Below are positions 1 to 9,128 of a stretch of 64,000 nt of DNA, piece after piece. Source of the stretch: Saccharofermentanales bacterium (GTDB taxonomy: Bacteria > Bacillota > Clostridia > Saccharofermentanales > UBA5734). A program made the position numbers and the translations under genes. The first letter of the stretch is position 1. Each line of letters opens with the position of its first letter. The DNA lies in contig JBBQKF010000001.1 in NCBI GenBank assembly GCA_038326615.1, positions 13,472-77,471 of the forward strand, read 5' to 3'. The notes under the pieces were generated by a model, which was not told where the DNA came from, did no database searches, and was given only the letters and a program-made list of their open reading frames with translations.

Positions 1-711
1 TTCAGGTGCAGACACAAATGTACCTACTCTGACAATTCTAATATTTTTTGCATCATCAGATGTAAAAAAGTTTGCATCAACTAACGATTCTAGCAGAAGG
101 TCAGGACGAAGATTTTCTTTACTTCCGGCTTTAACAAGAATTTTTAAGGAATTAGAATCTACTACTTCTATTGAAAGAATAAGTGGTTTGACATCAACAA
201 TCTTTTGAACTCCTTTAGAAGTTTTTGTTACCATTAATGTCTTTGATTTTTCTATCAGATCTTTTGCTTTTGCGAATTCATTTCCATGAAAGAGATACTG
301 TGCTGCAGCAACTTGTGCCATCATGCTTTCTTTGGTAGGAGTTACAGCTATTGCACCCATAATGCTGATACCTGGCGGAAAAGAGTTTTGCATTCTTCGA
401 ACCATATCAGCAGGGGTTATTTTACCTCGAACTGTTATATCTACATAATCATCTATTGTTTCAACTCCCACACCGAGTGGAAGTGCAAATGCCATAACCG
501 GTCTAGGATTAAACCCTTGAGAATATTCACATGGAATTCCAGCACGTTTAAGAGATCTTTCGAATATTCTCATCATATCAAGATGAGCAACAAACGATGT
601 TGCACCTTCACGTGAGAAACGAGTTCTTACAATAGTTGATTCATCGCCTTCGCCTGATTTAATGTTTGGAGAAAGTGGTAATGATCTGCCTTTTCTTGTT
701 GGGTTATTCAA
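1..711 (-). CDS. Radical SAM-linked protein, DUF2344/TIGR03936 family (C-terminus lies left of the window)
   Basis: Absent from the ORF track because no stop lies inside the window. Hand translation of the minus strand is open from 711 to 1 and reads ...TRFSREGATSFVAHLDMMRIFERSLKRAGIPCEYSQGFNPRPVMAFALPLGVGVETIDDY..., the HLD/ER..RRA/YSQGFNP block typical of this family. This family is the usual partner of the adjacent TIGR03960 radical SAM gene. Start proposed at TTG 711-709, about 8 nt after GGAGGAGG and overlapping the upstream TAA; the start is the least certain part. Confidence 0.7.
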   Translation of the reverse strand, partial: MNNPTRKGRSLPLSPNIKSGEGDESTIVRTRFSREGATSFVAHLDMMRIFERSLKRAGIPCEYSQGFNPRPVMAFALPLGVGVETIDDYVDITVRGKITPADMVRRMQNSFPPGISIMGAIAVTPTKESMMAQVAAAQYLFHGNEFAKAKDLIEKSKTLMVTKTSKGVQKIVDVKPLILSIEVVDSNSLKILVKAGSKENLRPDLLLESLVDANFFTSDDAKNIRIVRVGTFVSAPE

Positions 712-2554
712 AACAAACACCTCCTCCAAATTGGTTGGCTCCACATGAGGAACAGGATGTTCTGCATTGAGGTGTCAAGGACTCTTCTTTTGCAAGTCTA
801 TTTTCGTTAAAAAGATATTCTTTTGAGACACCACAATCAATATGATCCCAAGGGAAAACTTCATTTTCTGATCTTTTACGCCCAGCATAAAACTCCGCTG
901 AGAGATTATCTTCCTGCATACATTCGATATATATATCATAATTAAAGTGGTCGTCCCATGAATCAAACTGACATCCACGCTTATATGCTTTATATATAAC
1001 GTTAGAAAGCCTTCTGTCCCCTCTTGCAAGGACAGCCTCCCATAAGGATGTCTTAGAGCCATGCCATTGAAATCTGACACTACGGCTTCTTAATAGACCA
1101 CGCAAATGCTGCTGCTTCTCGCTGAGTGACTCGATAGTATCCTGCATTTCCCACTGAAATGGCGTAAAAGGTTTAGGAATAAACATTGCAGCACTTACTG
1201 TAAGCTCAAGTGGACGTCTTTTAAAATCTTTAGGAAGCATTGCGTACATTTTCTCGATTTTTTTAGTAACCGTAGCAATCCCCTCAACGTCTTCCATTGT
1301 TTCTGTTGGTAACCCAAGCATAAAATAAAGTTTTATACTGTTCCATCCCCCATCAAAAGCAATTTTCATTGAATTCATGAGATCATCTTCAGTTATGCCT
1401 TTATTTATTACATTTCTAAGTCTGTCTGTTCCTGCTTCGGGAGCAAATGTAAGTCCACTCTTCCTTGTTTTCTGGGCTTTTTGCATAATATCAAGAGTAA
1501 ATGAATCAACTCTCAAAGATGGAAGTGAGAGACTTGAATGAGTTTTTTCGAGTTCACATAATAATGGTTCTGCCAAATCTTTAAAGGCTGTATAATCGCT
1601 TGTTGATAAAGACAGCATCCCAACTTCATCATATCCGGTCTGTGCCTGAGCAAGTTTGGTTTGTATTAGCAGTGTCTGTGGAGATTTTTCACGGACTGGT
1701 CGAGTAATAAAGCCTGCCTGACAAAATCTGCATCCTCTTGTGCACCCGCGAAATATTTCTAAAAATATGCGGTCATGAACAACTTCTGTATTAGGGACAA
1801 TTACTTTAGTTGGATAATATACATTATCGACATCCATCACAACTGCTTTTTTTATACTTGCAGGAATATCAGAAATATTTGGCTCAATTGATTTGATAGT
1901 ATTATCTTCATTATACAAAACATCATAAAAAGCAGGAATATACGCGCCAGTAATAGTTTTTGCAACTAATACGAGAAAATCCTTCTTCGTCATGGTTACT
2001 TCTTTTTTATACTTGCCATATAAGTCCATAAAATGATTAAGTTGTTCTTCACCTTCACCAATAAAAACTATATCGAAAAAATCAGCCACTGGTTCTGCAT
2101 TGAAAGCACAAGGACCACCTGCAACAATAATCGGCGAATCTTCTCCACGATCTTTTGAATAAAGGGGAATTCCAGCTAAGTCGAGCATCATAAGAACATT
2201 TGAATAACACATTTCGTATTGTAGTGTAAATCCAACAATGTCAAATTCCGATATAGGTGTTTTTGTTTCAATTGAAAAAAGAGGAATCGATCCTTTCTTT
2301 AGTTGTTCTTGCATATCAGCCCAAGGAGCAAAACATCTTTCACAATAAGTGTCTTCCCTCTCATTTAGCATATGATAAAGAATTTTCATTCCAAGATGAG
2401 ACATCCCAATTTCATATGTATCAGGAAAGCAAAATGCGAATCTGTTAAGGGGTATGCTTGTATCTTTAATTACGCTATTCCACTCTCCGCCAAGATATTG
2501 AGCAGGTTTAGTAACTGATAGCAAAACACTTCTTGGGATTTTAACCGTTGTCAT
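704..2554 (-). CDS. B12-binding-domain radical SAM protein, TIGR03960-like
   Basis: 616-aa ORF. It has the CxxxCxxC radical SAM motif in FRGCTRGCRFCQAGFITRP, an N-terminal B12-binding-like region, and a DUF2344 partner immediately downstream. Confidence 0.85.
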   Translation of the reverse strand: MTTVKIPRSVLLSVTKPAQYLGGEWNSVIKDTSIPLNRFAFCFPDTYEIGMSHLGMKILYHMLNEREDTYCERCFAPWADMQEQLKKGSIPLFSIETKTPISEFDIVGFTLQYEMCYSNVLMMLDLAGIPLYSKDRGEDSPIIVAGGPCAFNAEPVADFFDIVFIGEGEEQLNHFMDLYGKYKKEVTMTKKDFLVLVAKTITGAYIPAFYDVLYNEDNTIKSIEPNISDIPASIKKAVVMDVDNVYYPTKVIVPNTEVVHDRIFLEIFRGCTRGCRFCQAGFITRPVREKSPQTLLIQTKLAQAQTGYDEVGMLSLSTSDYTAFKDLAEPLLCELEKTHSSLSLPSLRVDSFTLDIMQKAQKTRKSGLTFAPEAGTDRLRNVINKGITEDDLMNSMKIAFDGGWNSIKLYFMLGLPTETMEDVEGIATVTKKIEKMYAMLPKDFKRRPLELTVSAAMFIPKPFTPFQWEMQDTIESLSEKQQHLRGLLRSRSVRFQWHGSKTSLWEAVLARGDRRLSNVIYKAYKRGCQFDSWDDHFNYDIYIECMQEDNLSAEFYAGRKRSENEVFPWDHIDCGVSKEYLFNENRLAKEESLTPQCRTSCSSCGANQFGGGVCFE

Positions 2555-2638
2555 CTATTCCTCCGATTTTATTTCTAATAATTTTCTTGACAAGCACTCT
2601 TGGGTAAATATTAAAAAATTTCATTGTTAATAAACAAG

Positions 2639-2659
2639 GCAGTCAATTTGTTTGACTGC
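2639..2659 (-). terminator. Putative intrinsic terminator after the PC4/YdbC-like gene
   Basis: gcagtcaa / ttgactgc 8-bp stem with a 5-nt loop, 27 nt after the stop at 2686. On the minus strand it is followed by cttgtttatt (T-rich, but not a clean U-run). Confidence 0.4.
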
Positions 2660-2685
2660 TAGTAAATTTCTGATCAGTATTTTAA

Positions 2686-2922
2686 TTAAATTTTGTCAAG
2701 GTCAAATTCTTCAAGGATTGACTTAAGCAAAGCAATTTCTTCACTAGTCATCGATATCCCTTTACCCATTTTCAGATGATCTGCTGACCAATCACGTATA
2801 TCAAGTTTTGGTTTGCCTTCATTCCAGCTAACAATATTAACTTCACGGTTCCATCCGGATGTGCTAGAACTGATTACTCCGATTTCTTCAACAATTTCAA
2901 ATTTAAATTCTTTAGTAGCCAT
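2686..2922 (-). CDS. PC4/YdbC-family single-stranded DNA-binding protein
   Basis: 78-aa ORF. FEIVEEIGVISSSTSGWNREVNIVSWNEGKPKLDIRDWSADHLKMGKGISMTSEE follows the pattern I recall for Lactococcus YdbC (PC4-like fold). Confidence 0.7.
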   Translation of the reverse strand: MATKEFKFEIVEEIGVISSSTSGWNREVNIVSWNEGKPKLDIRDWSADHLKMGKGISMTSEEIALLKSILEEFDLDKI

Positions 2923-3012
2923 ATAATCCTCTTTCTTCTTTTTTATAATTCCAATAATTCCAATAAGAATCTAATAATCTTAATATTTCTAATACCAATA
3001 TAATAAAATTAT

Positions 3013-3162
3013 TATCGCGTTTACTCAGTAAGTATTATAAATCCATTATTCTATTGAAATAACTGAGAAATCACTATTTCTACAATATCAATTTGGTAGT
3101 TACAGTGCATTCTTGCTTTATATAATCCAGAATATCTGGTTATACCTGAGTAAAAGCTATAG
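3013..3162. repeat. 150-bp segment bounded by a 19-nt inverted repeat (element A); the same repeat bounds element B at 25270-25421
   Basis: Left arm tatcgcgtttactcagta (3013-3030). Right arm ctgagtaaaagctatag (3146-3162), which is the reverse complement of ctatagcttttactcag. Compare ctatagcgtttactcagta at 25270-25288. Confidence 0.5.
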
Positions 3163-3293
3163 TCTTGTATAATAATTTCAATTATTATAAAATTTAAATA
3201 CTTTGCAAATAATTTAATAAAAAAGTTTTACATTATTTACTGAAAACTAATATAACACCAAATACAAGTTTTGAAAACCCCAAAAATGAAATT

Positions 3294-3788
3294 TTAGTTC
3301 AATTCTTTCTTGTGTTTCTGGATTGTGACAAGCATTTCTGTTAATTGTTCTTCTAAATCACCCAATTTTTTCTTTGCGTAATCCATTGATTTTTTTCGGA
3401 TTTGAGTTGCTGATGTATTAGCGTTGTCGACCGTCTGTCCGGCTAAAAGTTTGGCTTTTCTGGTAATTTCGTGCTCATCAATCATTGCTGTCATACGAGT
3501 TTCAGCTTCCCGCATTATACTTTCGGCTTCCTTTCGCGCCTCTGCAATAAGTTGACGGTTCTGATCTAAAAGCCACTTTGCCTGCTTTATTTCGTTTGGA
3601 AGATTCTCACGAATCATACTAATAAGAATTAGCAATTCCTCACGATCAACTATGCAATTGTCAGTAAAAGGAAATGCCCGTGCTTGATCAACGCTGGTTT
3701 CAAGACGATCAATCAACTCATAAAAATCAGCTTCTGCAGGCGCATTAGCGTTTGTATTATTGTTTATATTATTATTTTTATTAACCAT
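3294..3788 (-). CDS. Conserved coiled-coil protein of unknown function with an Asn-rich N-terminus
   Basis: 164-aa ORF, charged and heptad-like (LIAEARKEAESIMREAETRM...). It is co-oriented with and directly downstream of coaD. No catalytic motif recognised. Confidence 0.55.
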   Translation of the reverse strand: MVNKNNNINNNTNANAPAEADFYELIDRLETSVDQARAFPFTDNCIVDREELLILISMIRENLPNEIKQAKWLLDQNRQLIAEARKEAESIMREAETRMTAMIDEHEITRKAKLLAGQTVDNANTSATQIRKKSMDYAKKKLGDLEEQLTEMLVTIQKHKKELN

Positions 3789-3843
3789 ACAACCTTCTCC
3801 TCTGGGTAAAGATGATTTACCATAAATTTCAGGTTTCTTAATT

Positions 3844-4329
3844 TCAGGTTCTTTTTAATTTATTCTTTATAAAACTTGCTATATCTTTCGAAACCATTCC
3901 TGATACATCTCCACCATATCGTGCAACTTCTTTGACTATCGTTGAACTTGTAAACGCAAGATCCATTCTGCACGGAAGTAAAACAGCTTCAAATGACGTA
4001 AACAACAATTTGTTTGCCGCACACAATTCCGCTTCATACCGAAAATCAGATTCACTTCTTAACCCACGAACTATTGCACTAGCATTCTTTATTTTAAAAT
4101 AATCTACTAATAGTCCGTCAAATGACTCAACTTCTACATTATCTATTCCCGCTAAAGATAATCTAGCCATTTCGAGCCGTTCTTCTACAGTAAAAGCAAC
4201 CTTCTTGGTGCTGTTAGTAAGAATTGCGACATAAAGTTTATCGCAGATTGAAACCGCCCTGCGTGCTATGTCAACATGTCCATTTGTGAAAGGGTCAAAA
4301 GTACCCGGATATATAAATATTTTCATCAA
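3844..4329 (-). CDS. coaD: Phosphopantetheine adenylyltransferase
   Basis: 161 aa. YPGTFDPFTNGHVDI nucleotidyltransferase motif, with typical CoaD length and sequence. Confidence 0.95.
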   Translation of the reverse strand: MMKIFIYPGTFDPFTNGHVDIARRAVSICDKLYVAILTNSTKKVAFTVEERLEMARLSLAGIDNVEVESFDGLLVDYFKIKNASAIVRGLRSESDFRYEAELCAANKLLFTSFEAVLLPCRMDLAFTSSTIVKEVARYGGDVSGMVSKDIASFIKNKLKRT

Positions 4330-4354
4330 TTTCCTGCCTTTTATTTCTATTTAA

Positions 4355-4921
4355 TTACTTTTCAGCTTCTATATCATAAAATGATACCATGATAGCTCCA
4401 TACTTACAACTTTTTTTTAGTTTTAAATTCATTACAAGATCTTCCGGAGTATCCGTTGCACTGTGTTCAAGCATTAAAAGTGAATTTTCTGCAAGCAATC
4501 CATGCTCTTTTAATAGTATTACACTTTGCTTGAAAGATTTAATAGCATTATCAAAAGGTGGATCCATATAAACAAGATCAAAAGGACCGTATGGTTTTGC
4601 TTTGATTATTCCAGATTTTATATCAGCCATAATAACGATTGCATTAGTGTTAAGTTTTGTTTTTTCTAGGTTATCCGAAATACATTTTATACATTCCTTA
4701 GTCTGCTCTACAAAAACCGCTTTACGTGCACCACGACTAAGAGCTTCAATTCCTATTTGACCAGACCCACTAAATAAATCTAGAAATTTAGCGTCTGCAG
4801 TCCGATTAGTAATTATACTGAAAACAGCTTCTTTAACTCTATCTGCTGTTGGTCTTGTACCTAAACCTGCTGGGGTTTTGAGAATTATACCCCCCGATTT
4901 ACCTGATACAACTCTTGGCAT
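4355..4921 (-). CDS. rsmD: 16S rRNA (guanine966-N2)-methyltransferase
   Basis: 188 aa. RPTADRVKEAVFSI, the FLDLFSGSGQIGIEALSRGA SAM-binding motif and the DPPF motif are present, and it shows the classical rsmD-coaD adjacency. Confidence 0.9.
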   Translation of the reverse strand: MPRVVSGKSGGIILKTPAGLGTRPTADRVKEAVFSIITNRTADAKFLDLFSGSGQIGIEALSRGARKAVFVEQTKECIKCISDNLEKTKLNTNAIVIMADIKSGIIKAKPYGPFDLVYMDPPFDNAIKSFKQSVILLKEHGLLAENSLLMLEHSATDTPEDLVMNLKLKKSCKYGAIMVSFYDIEAEK

Positions 4922-4938
4922 TATTTTGTCCTCCTATG

Positions 4939-6999
4939 TTAAATCCCTACATTAAGGAAATGCTCTCCGAAACGTTTATTTATTGATGGTAACAGATTTC
5001 TGTTTTCAGGTAAAGTAATAAGTGGATCTTTAGTGAAAATTATTTCAAGAGCCGCTTGAGTTTCTTTAAGTATATCAGTATCTCGATAAAGATTTGCTAT
5101 TTTCATTTCAGGTATTCCATGCTGCCTAGTTCCAAAAAAATCCCCTATTCCTCTCAATTCGAGATCTTTTTCTGCAATTTCAAAACCATCAATGTGTTTA
5201 CAGATTATTCTTAGTCTTTCGTGCGAAGTTTGAGTTTCAGTGTCACTTTCAAGTATACAAATTGATCGGTAAGGACCTCTTCCGATTCTTCCTCTAAGCT
5301 GGTGAAGTTGTGCAAGACCAAATCTTTCGGCGTTTTTAATTAGCATTATTGATGCGTTTGGATTGTCTACTCCAACTTCTATTACAGTAGTGCTTACAAG
5401 AATATTTATTTCGTTTCGCATGAATTTCTCCATCACTTCATTTTTAGTTTTATTATTCATCGCTCCGTGTAGTAATCCAACATTCAATTTTGGAAATATT
5501 TCATTTGAAATTGTAGTATAGAGTTCATTTACAGAATTTAGGTCAGACTCCAATGAAGATTCTATCATCGGGCAAACAATATATATCTGACGACCTTCAG
5601 AAATTTCTTTTTCTATAAGTGAATAAATTCTTTTCTCGTCAGAGCTTTTTGCTGTATATGTTTCAATTGGCTTTCTGTTAACTGGTAATCCCTTCAATAC
5701 TGAAATGTCAAGATCCCCGTAAAGTATCAATCCGAGTGTTCTTGGAATTGGGGTAGCAGACATTACAAGAACGTGAGGTACAAATTCACTTCCCTTCCCT
5801 AAAATTCTTCTTTGTTTAACACCAAATCTATGTTGCTCATCGGTAATCGCGAGCGCAAGATTATGAAATACAACCGACTCTTCAAGAATGGCGTGTGTCC
5901 CAATTAAAATGTCTATTTCACCATCTTTAAGACGGTTCAATATATCTATTTTCTTTTTACCCGTAACTGATCCTGTAAGTAATTCTATTCTAGTTTGGGT
6001 TCTTGCAAAAAACATCATTATTGTTTTATAATGTTGATTTGCGAGAACAGACGTTGGCGCCATTAGTGTTGCTTGTTCTCCATTAAAAACACAGCATGCA
6101 ATCGCTGCTGCTGATATAACAGTTTTACCAGAACCTACATCGCCTTGAACCAGGCGATTCATTGGGATTTTTTTTGCAAGGTCACTTATAATTTCTTTAA
6201 TTACTTGATTTTGCGATGGTGTTAAAATAAATGGCAAATTATCATAAAATTTTTGCATCTTCACGTTATCAGGATTAATAATGAAAGCTTTTGTTTTTCT
6301 TACAATAGTTGATTTTATCAGTCTTAAGCCTGCCTGAACCATAAATAACTCCTCAAAAACAAGTCTTCTTCTTGCTATCGCAAACTCCTCCATACTATTT
6401 GGATTATGAATTTTCTCATATGCAAATTCAACAGTACAAAGTTTATACTGTTTTCTTATTTCATCTGATAAAGGGTCAGGAGGCAGAAAATTCGATTTTG
6501 TTGATGCATCAAGAATTAACTGGCGCATTACGCCTTGTGTCAGTCCATTTGTTAAACGATATAGTGGTTTAATTTTCCCTTTTGCTTCTGATGAATAAAT
6601 TTCGAAAGTTGGATTAACTATTTCAAATGAAATGCCATTTCTTTTAATTTTTCCATGAAATAGATATTGTTGACCTATCATAATTTTCTCTTCAAGGTAT
6701 GGTTGGTTAAACCAAGTACAAGATATCGCTGCATTAGAAGAATCTCTGAGCACGGTTTTAAGTATACTCATTCTCCCCTTCCTGCGAAGGCTTGGCTTTT
6801 GTGAAGCTGTTGCAACAAAAGTCTCAACAGCACCGTCTATAAGATCAGCAATTGATTTAGGATTTGTCCAGTCTTCATAATCTCTTGGGAAGAACATAAT
6901 AAGATCTTCTATGGTAGATATTTCAAGTTTTGCTAAAAGATCTTTACGTCTTTTTGCAACACCAGGAAGATCCGTAAGTAACAATTTTTTTTCATTCAA
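4939..6999 (-). CDS. recG: ATP-dependent DNA helicase RecG
   Basis: 686 aa. Wedge domain plus helicase motifs GDVGSGKT, DEQHRFGV and QLRGRIGRG. Confidence 0.95.
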   Translation of the reverse strand: MNEKKLLLTDLPGVAKRRKDLLAKLEISTIEDLIMFFPRDYEDWTNPKSIADLIDGAVETFVATASQKPSLRRKGRMSILKTVLRDSSNAAISCTWFNQPYLEEKIMIGQQYLFHGKIKRNGISFEIVNPTFEIYSSEAKGKIKPLYRLTNGLTQGVMRQLILDASTKSNFLPPDPLSDEIRKQYKLCTVEFAYEKIHNPNSMEEFAIARRRLVFEELFMVQAGLRLIKSTIVRKTKAFIINPDNVKMQKFYDNLPFILTPSQNQVIKEIISDLAKKIPMNRLVQGDVGSGKTVISAAAIACCVFNGEQATLMAPTSVLANQHYKTIMMFFARTQTRIELLTGSVTGKKKIDILNRLKDGEIDILIGTHAILEESVVFHNLALAITDEQHRFGVKQRRILGKGSEFVPHVLVMSATPIPRTLGLILYGDLDISVLKGLPVNRKPIETYTAKSSDEKRIYSLIEKEISEGRQIYIVCPMIESSLESDLNSVNELYTTISNEIFPKLNVGLLHGAMNNKTKNEVMEKFMRNEINILVSTTVIEVGVDNPNASIMLIKNAERFGLAQLHQLRGRIGRGPYRSICILESDTETQTSHERLRIICKHIDGFEIAEKDLELRGIGDFFGTRQHGIPEMKIANLYRDTDILKETQAALEIIFTKDPLITLPENRNLLPSINKRFGEHFLNVGI

Positions 7000-7837
7000 T
7001 GCTCTCTAGCCCCTTTATACAAATTCGTTGCAATTCGCACTTCGTACATTTTGGATTTCTAGCAGTGCATATTGCCCTTCCATGAGTTACAATTCTGTGA
7101 CCGAATGCAATCCATTCTTTTTCGGGAAGACAGTCCATTAAATCCTTTTCTATTTTATTGGGATCCATAGAATCTGTAAGTCCAAGATGCCTGGAAATTC
7201 TTCCACAATGAGTGTCTACAACAATTGCATTGATTTTATAGCAATCACCAAGTATAAGGTTGGCAATTTTACGGCCAACTCCAGGCAATGTCAAAAGTGA
7301 ATTCATATCTCTCGGGACATTTCCTCTAAAATTCTCTAATATTTTCGTAAGACTCCCTTTAATTGACTTTGCTTTTACATGATAAAATCCACAGCTTCTG
7401 ATCCGTTCTTCGATTAAATTAACTGGAGCATCCGCAAGTAAATTTATCGATTCGAATTCATTAAAAAGACTCTTACAGACAATATTGACTCTTGCGTCAG
7501 TGCATTGGGCAGCTAAAATGCCTGATATCAATAGTTTCCAGGGTTCACGATAATTTAAAGTACAATCAGCATCTGGGTACATTTCACCAAGTTTATTTAC
7601 TATACTAGTTGCTCTATCTTTTTTTGATATTTCAAGTAATTTTGTTCTAAGTTTCACTAGTCTAGATTCGTCTGATTTATCTGCCATATTTGATGTATTT
7701 GTGTTATGAGATTTGGTTGGTTTGGTTGGTTTGGTTGGTTTGGTTGGTTTTGCTGGTTTTATTAATTTTTCCGGATTAACTAGGCTAGCTTTTTTGATTG
7801 GGTTAGCTGTCTTTGTTGCTTTAATTGGTCCGGTCAT
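6992..7837 (-). CDS. nth: Endonuclease III with a Lys/Pro/Thr-rich N-terminal extension
   Basis: HhH-GPD motif LPGVGRKIANLILGD and a C-terminal 4Fe-4S cluster loop CTARNPKCTKCELQRIC. The ATG at 7837 overlaps the htrA stop in an ATGA junction, which supports the long form. Confidence 0.85.
   Translation of the reverse strand: MTGPIKATKTANPIKKASLVNPEKLIKPAKPTKPTKPTKPTKSHNTNTSNMADKSDESRLVKLRTKLLEISKKDRATSIVNKLGEMYPDADCTLNYREPWKLLISGILAAQCTDARVNIVCKSLFNEFESINLLADAPVNLIEERIRSCGFYHVKAKSIKGSLTKILENFRGNVPRDMNSLLTLPGVGRKIANLILGDCYKINAIVVDTHCGRISRHLGLTDSMDPNKIEKDLMDCLPEKEWIAFGHRIVTHGRAICTARNPKCTKCELQRICIKGLESIE
7712..7756 (-). repeat. In-frame 9-bp tandem repeat (4 copies plus a degenerate one) encoding (KPT)n inside nth
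   Basis: tttggttgg x4 on the plus strand; the protein reads KPAKPTKPTKPTKPTK. Confidence 0.9.
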
Positions 7838-8985
7838 GGGGTTTTCTCCAAAAGAATAACACTTTTCTCGATTTTTTCGTCTGTTAATAGTCTGTAAATT
7901 AAAATTTGAATTTTATCCCCTGGTTTTTTCGTATTAAGAATCCGTCTTAAATCGGCAGTGCTATTCATAACAGTATTGTCGGCTTCAATAATTATATCGC
8001 TTTTTTCTATTCCTGCTAATGATGCGGGTCCTTTTGGATCGACCGAACGAATAAGGATTCCATTTGGAAAGCCATATAATTCCTGCAAACCACTATATTC
8101 ATTTTGTCCATATGCAAGTATCCCTAGCCATGTTCTTCCGTTAACAAATCCACTCTTCTTAAGATCATCTGATATTGTCATTACGATATTTGATGGAATC
8201 GCAAAGTTTATTCCCTCAAATGTGCTTTTTTCAAGTCCAGCATTATTTATTCCGATTACTTCACCCTTTGAGTTAACAAGGGCTCCACCTGAATTCCCTG
8301 GATTTACCGCTGCATCCGTCTGTAGTAGTTGCATTACTGTACCATCATCAAACTCAACTTCACGGTTTATCCCACTTATTATTCCCTGAGAAACTGATCC
8401 CATATATTTTAATCCGCCTGGGCTTCCAATTGCAATAACAAAATCACCAACAACAAGTTTGTCAGAATCTCCAAATATCGCAGGACTTAGACCCTTAGTA
8501 CTTATTTTTAGCAATGCAATATCCGTGATGCTATCAAACCCTATAATTTGTGCTTTAAATGATTTACTATTCTCTTCAACAAATACTTCAATACTTGCTG
8601 CTTTTAATATTTTCCCCTGTTCATCAAGTAAATCTGCAATAACATGCTGATTTGTTACAATATATCCATCAGAAGATATTATAACGCCTGTTGCTTCAGC
8701 GGTTAAACTTTCGAAAGCATTAGATGAAGTATTTGTGGCACGAATCCCTACGATTGAAGGACGAACCTTTTTTGCTATGGGAACAACTATTTCTTCATAT
8801 CCCTTTATCTCAATGACAGTCTTCGTATTTGATGATTCATCCTTTGAATTTGTATTTGAATTAACATTAAAGCCATCCGGTAAAAAAACAAAAATAAAAA
8901 GTCCTGCCGTCAACATTGTTCCAATAACTCCTGCGACCATCCCAACTAATGCTGTTCCAACCCAGCTTCTGTTATGACCTTCCAT
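7834..8985 (-). CDS. htrA: HtrA/DegP-family serine protease with a C-terminal PDZ domain, membrane-anchored
   Basis: TNQHV (His), D..LLK (Asp) and GNSGGAL (Ser) catalytic blocks, an N-terminal TM helix and a PDZ-like C-terminus. Start moved from 8997 to the ATG at 8985, which has GGAGG 5 nt upstream. Confidence 0.9.
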   Translation of the reverse strand: MEGHNRSWVGTALVGMVAGVIGTMLTAGLFIFVFLPDGFNVNSNTNSKDESSNTKTVIEIKGYEEIVVPIAKKVRPSIVGIRATNTSSNAFESLTAEATGVIISSDGYIVTNQHVIADLLDEQGKILKAASIEVFVEENSKSFKAQIIGFDSITDIALLKISTKGLSPAIFGDSDKLVVGDFVIAIGSPGGLKYMGSVSQGIISGINREVEFDDGTVMQLLQTDAAVNPGNSGGALVNSKGEVIGINNAGLEKSTFEGINFAIPSNIVMTISDDLKKSGFVNGRTWLGILAYGQNEYSGLQELYGFPNGILIRSVDPKGPASLAGIEKSDIIIEADNTVMNSTADLRRILNTKKPGDKIQILIYRLLTDEKIEKSVILLEKTP

Positions 8986-9128
8986 AAAGCCCTCCATAAA
9001 AGTAAATTCATTGCTATTACAAAAACCTACGTCAATAAGTATTATTGTTTGCTACTAGTTTTTAATATTAATATCTGTTGTCAATGTAATAATAATAATT
9101 AAAATGCTTTAATAATTTAATCCATATC

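Noticed and set aside
286-615. 109-aa plus-strand ORF at the left edge of the window
   Set aside because: It lies antisense to an unbroken minus-strand frame with clear DUF2344 family motifs. It has a Cys/His/Ser-rich odd composition and no RBS, so I treat it as a shadow ORF.
7958-8389. Long antisense ORFs inside well-supported genes (for example 7958-8389, 21532-22089, 25710-26156, 28058-28543, 40868-41209, 48420-48974 and 55115-55573, all plus strand)
   Set aside because: Each lies opposite a gene with strong family motifs. They have Ser/Pro/Ile-rich low-information sequences and no RBS, so I treat them as shadow ORFs of the minus-strand genes.
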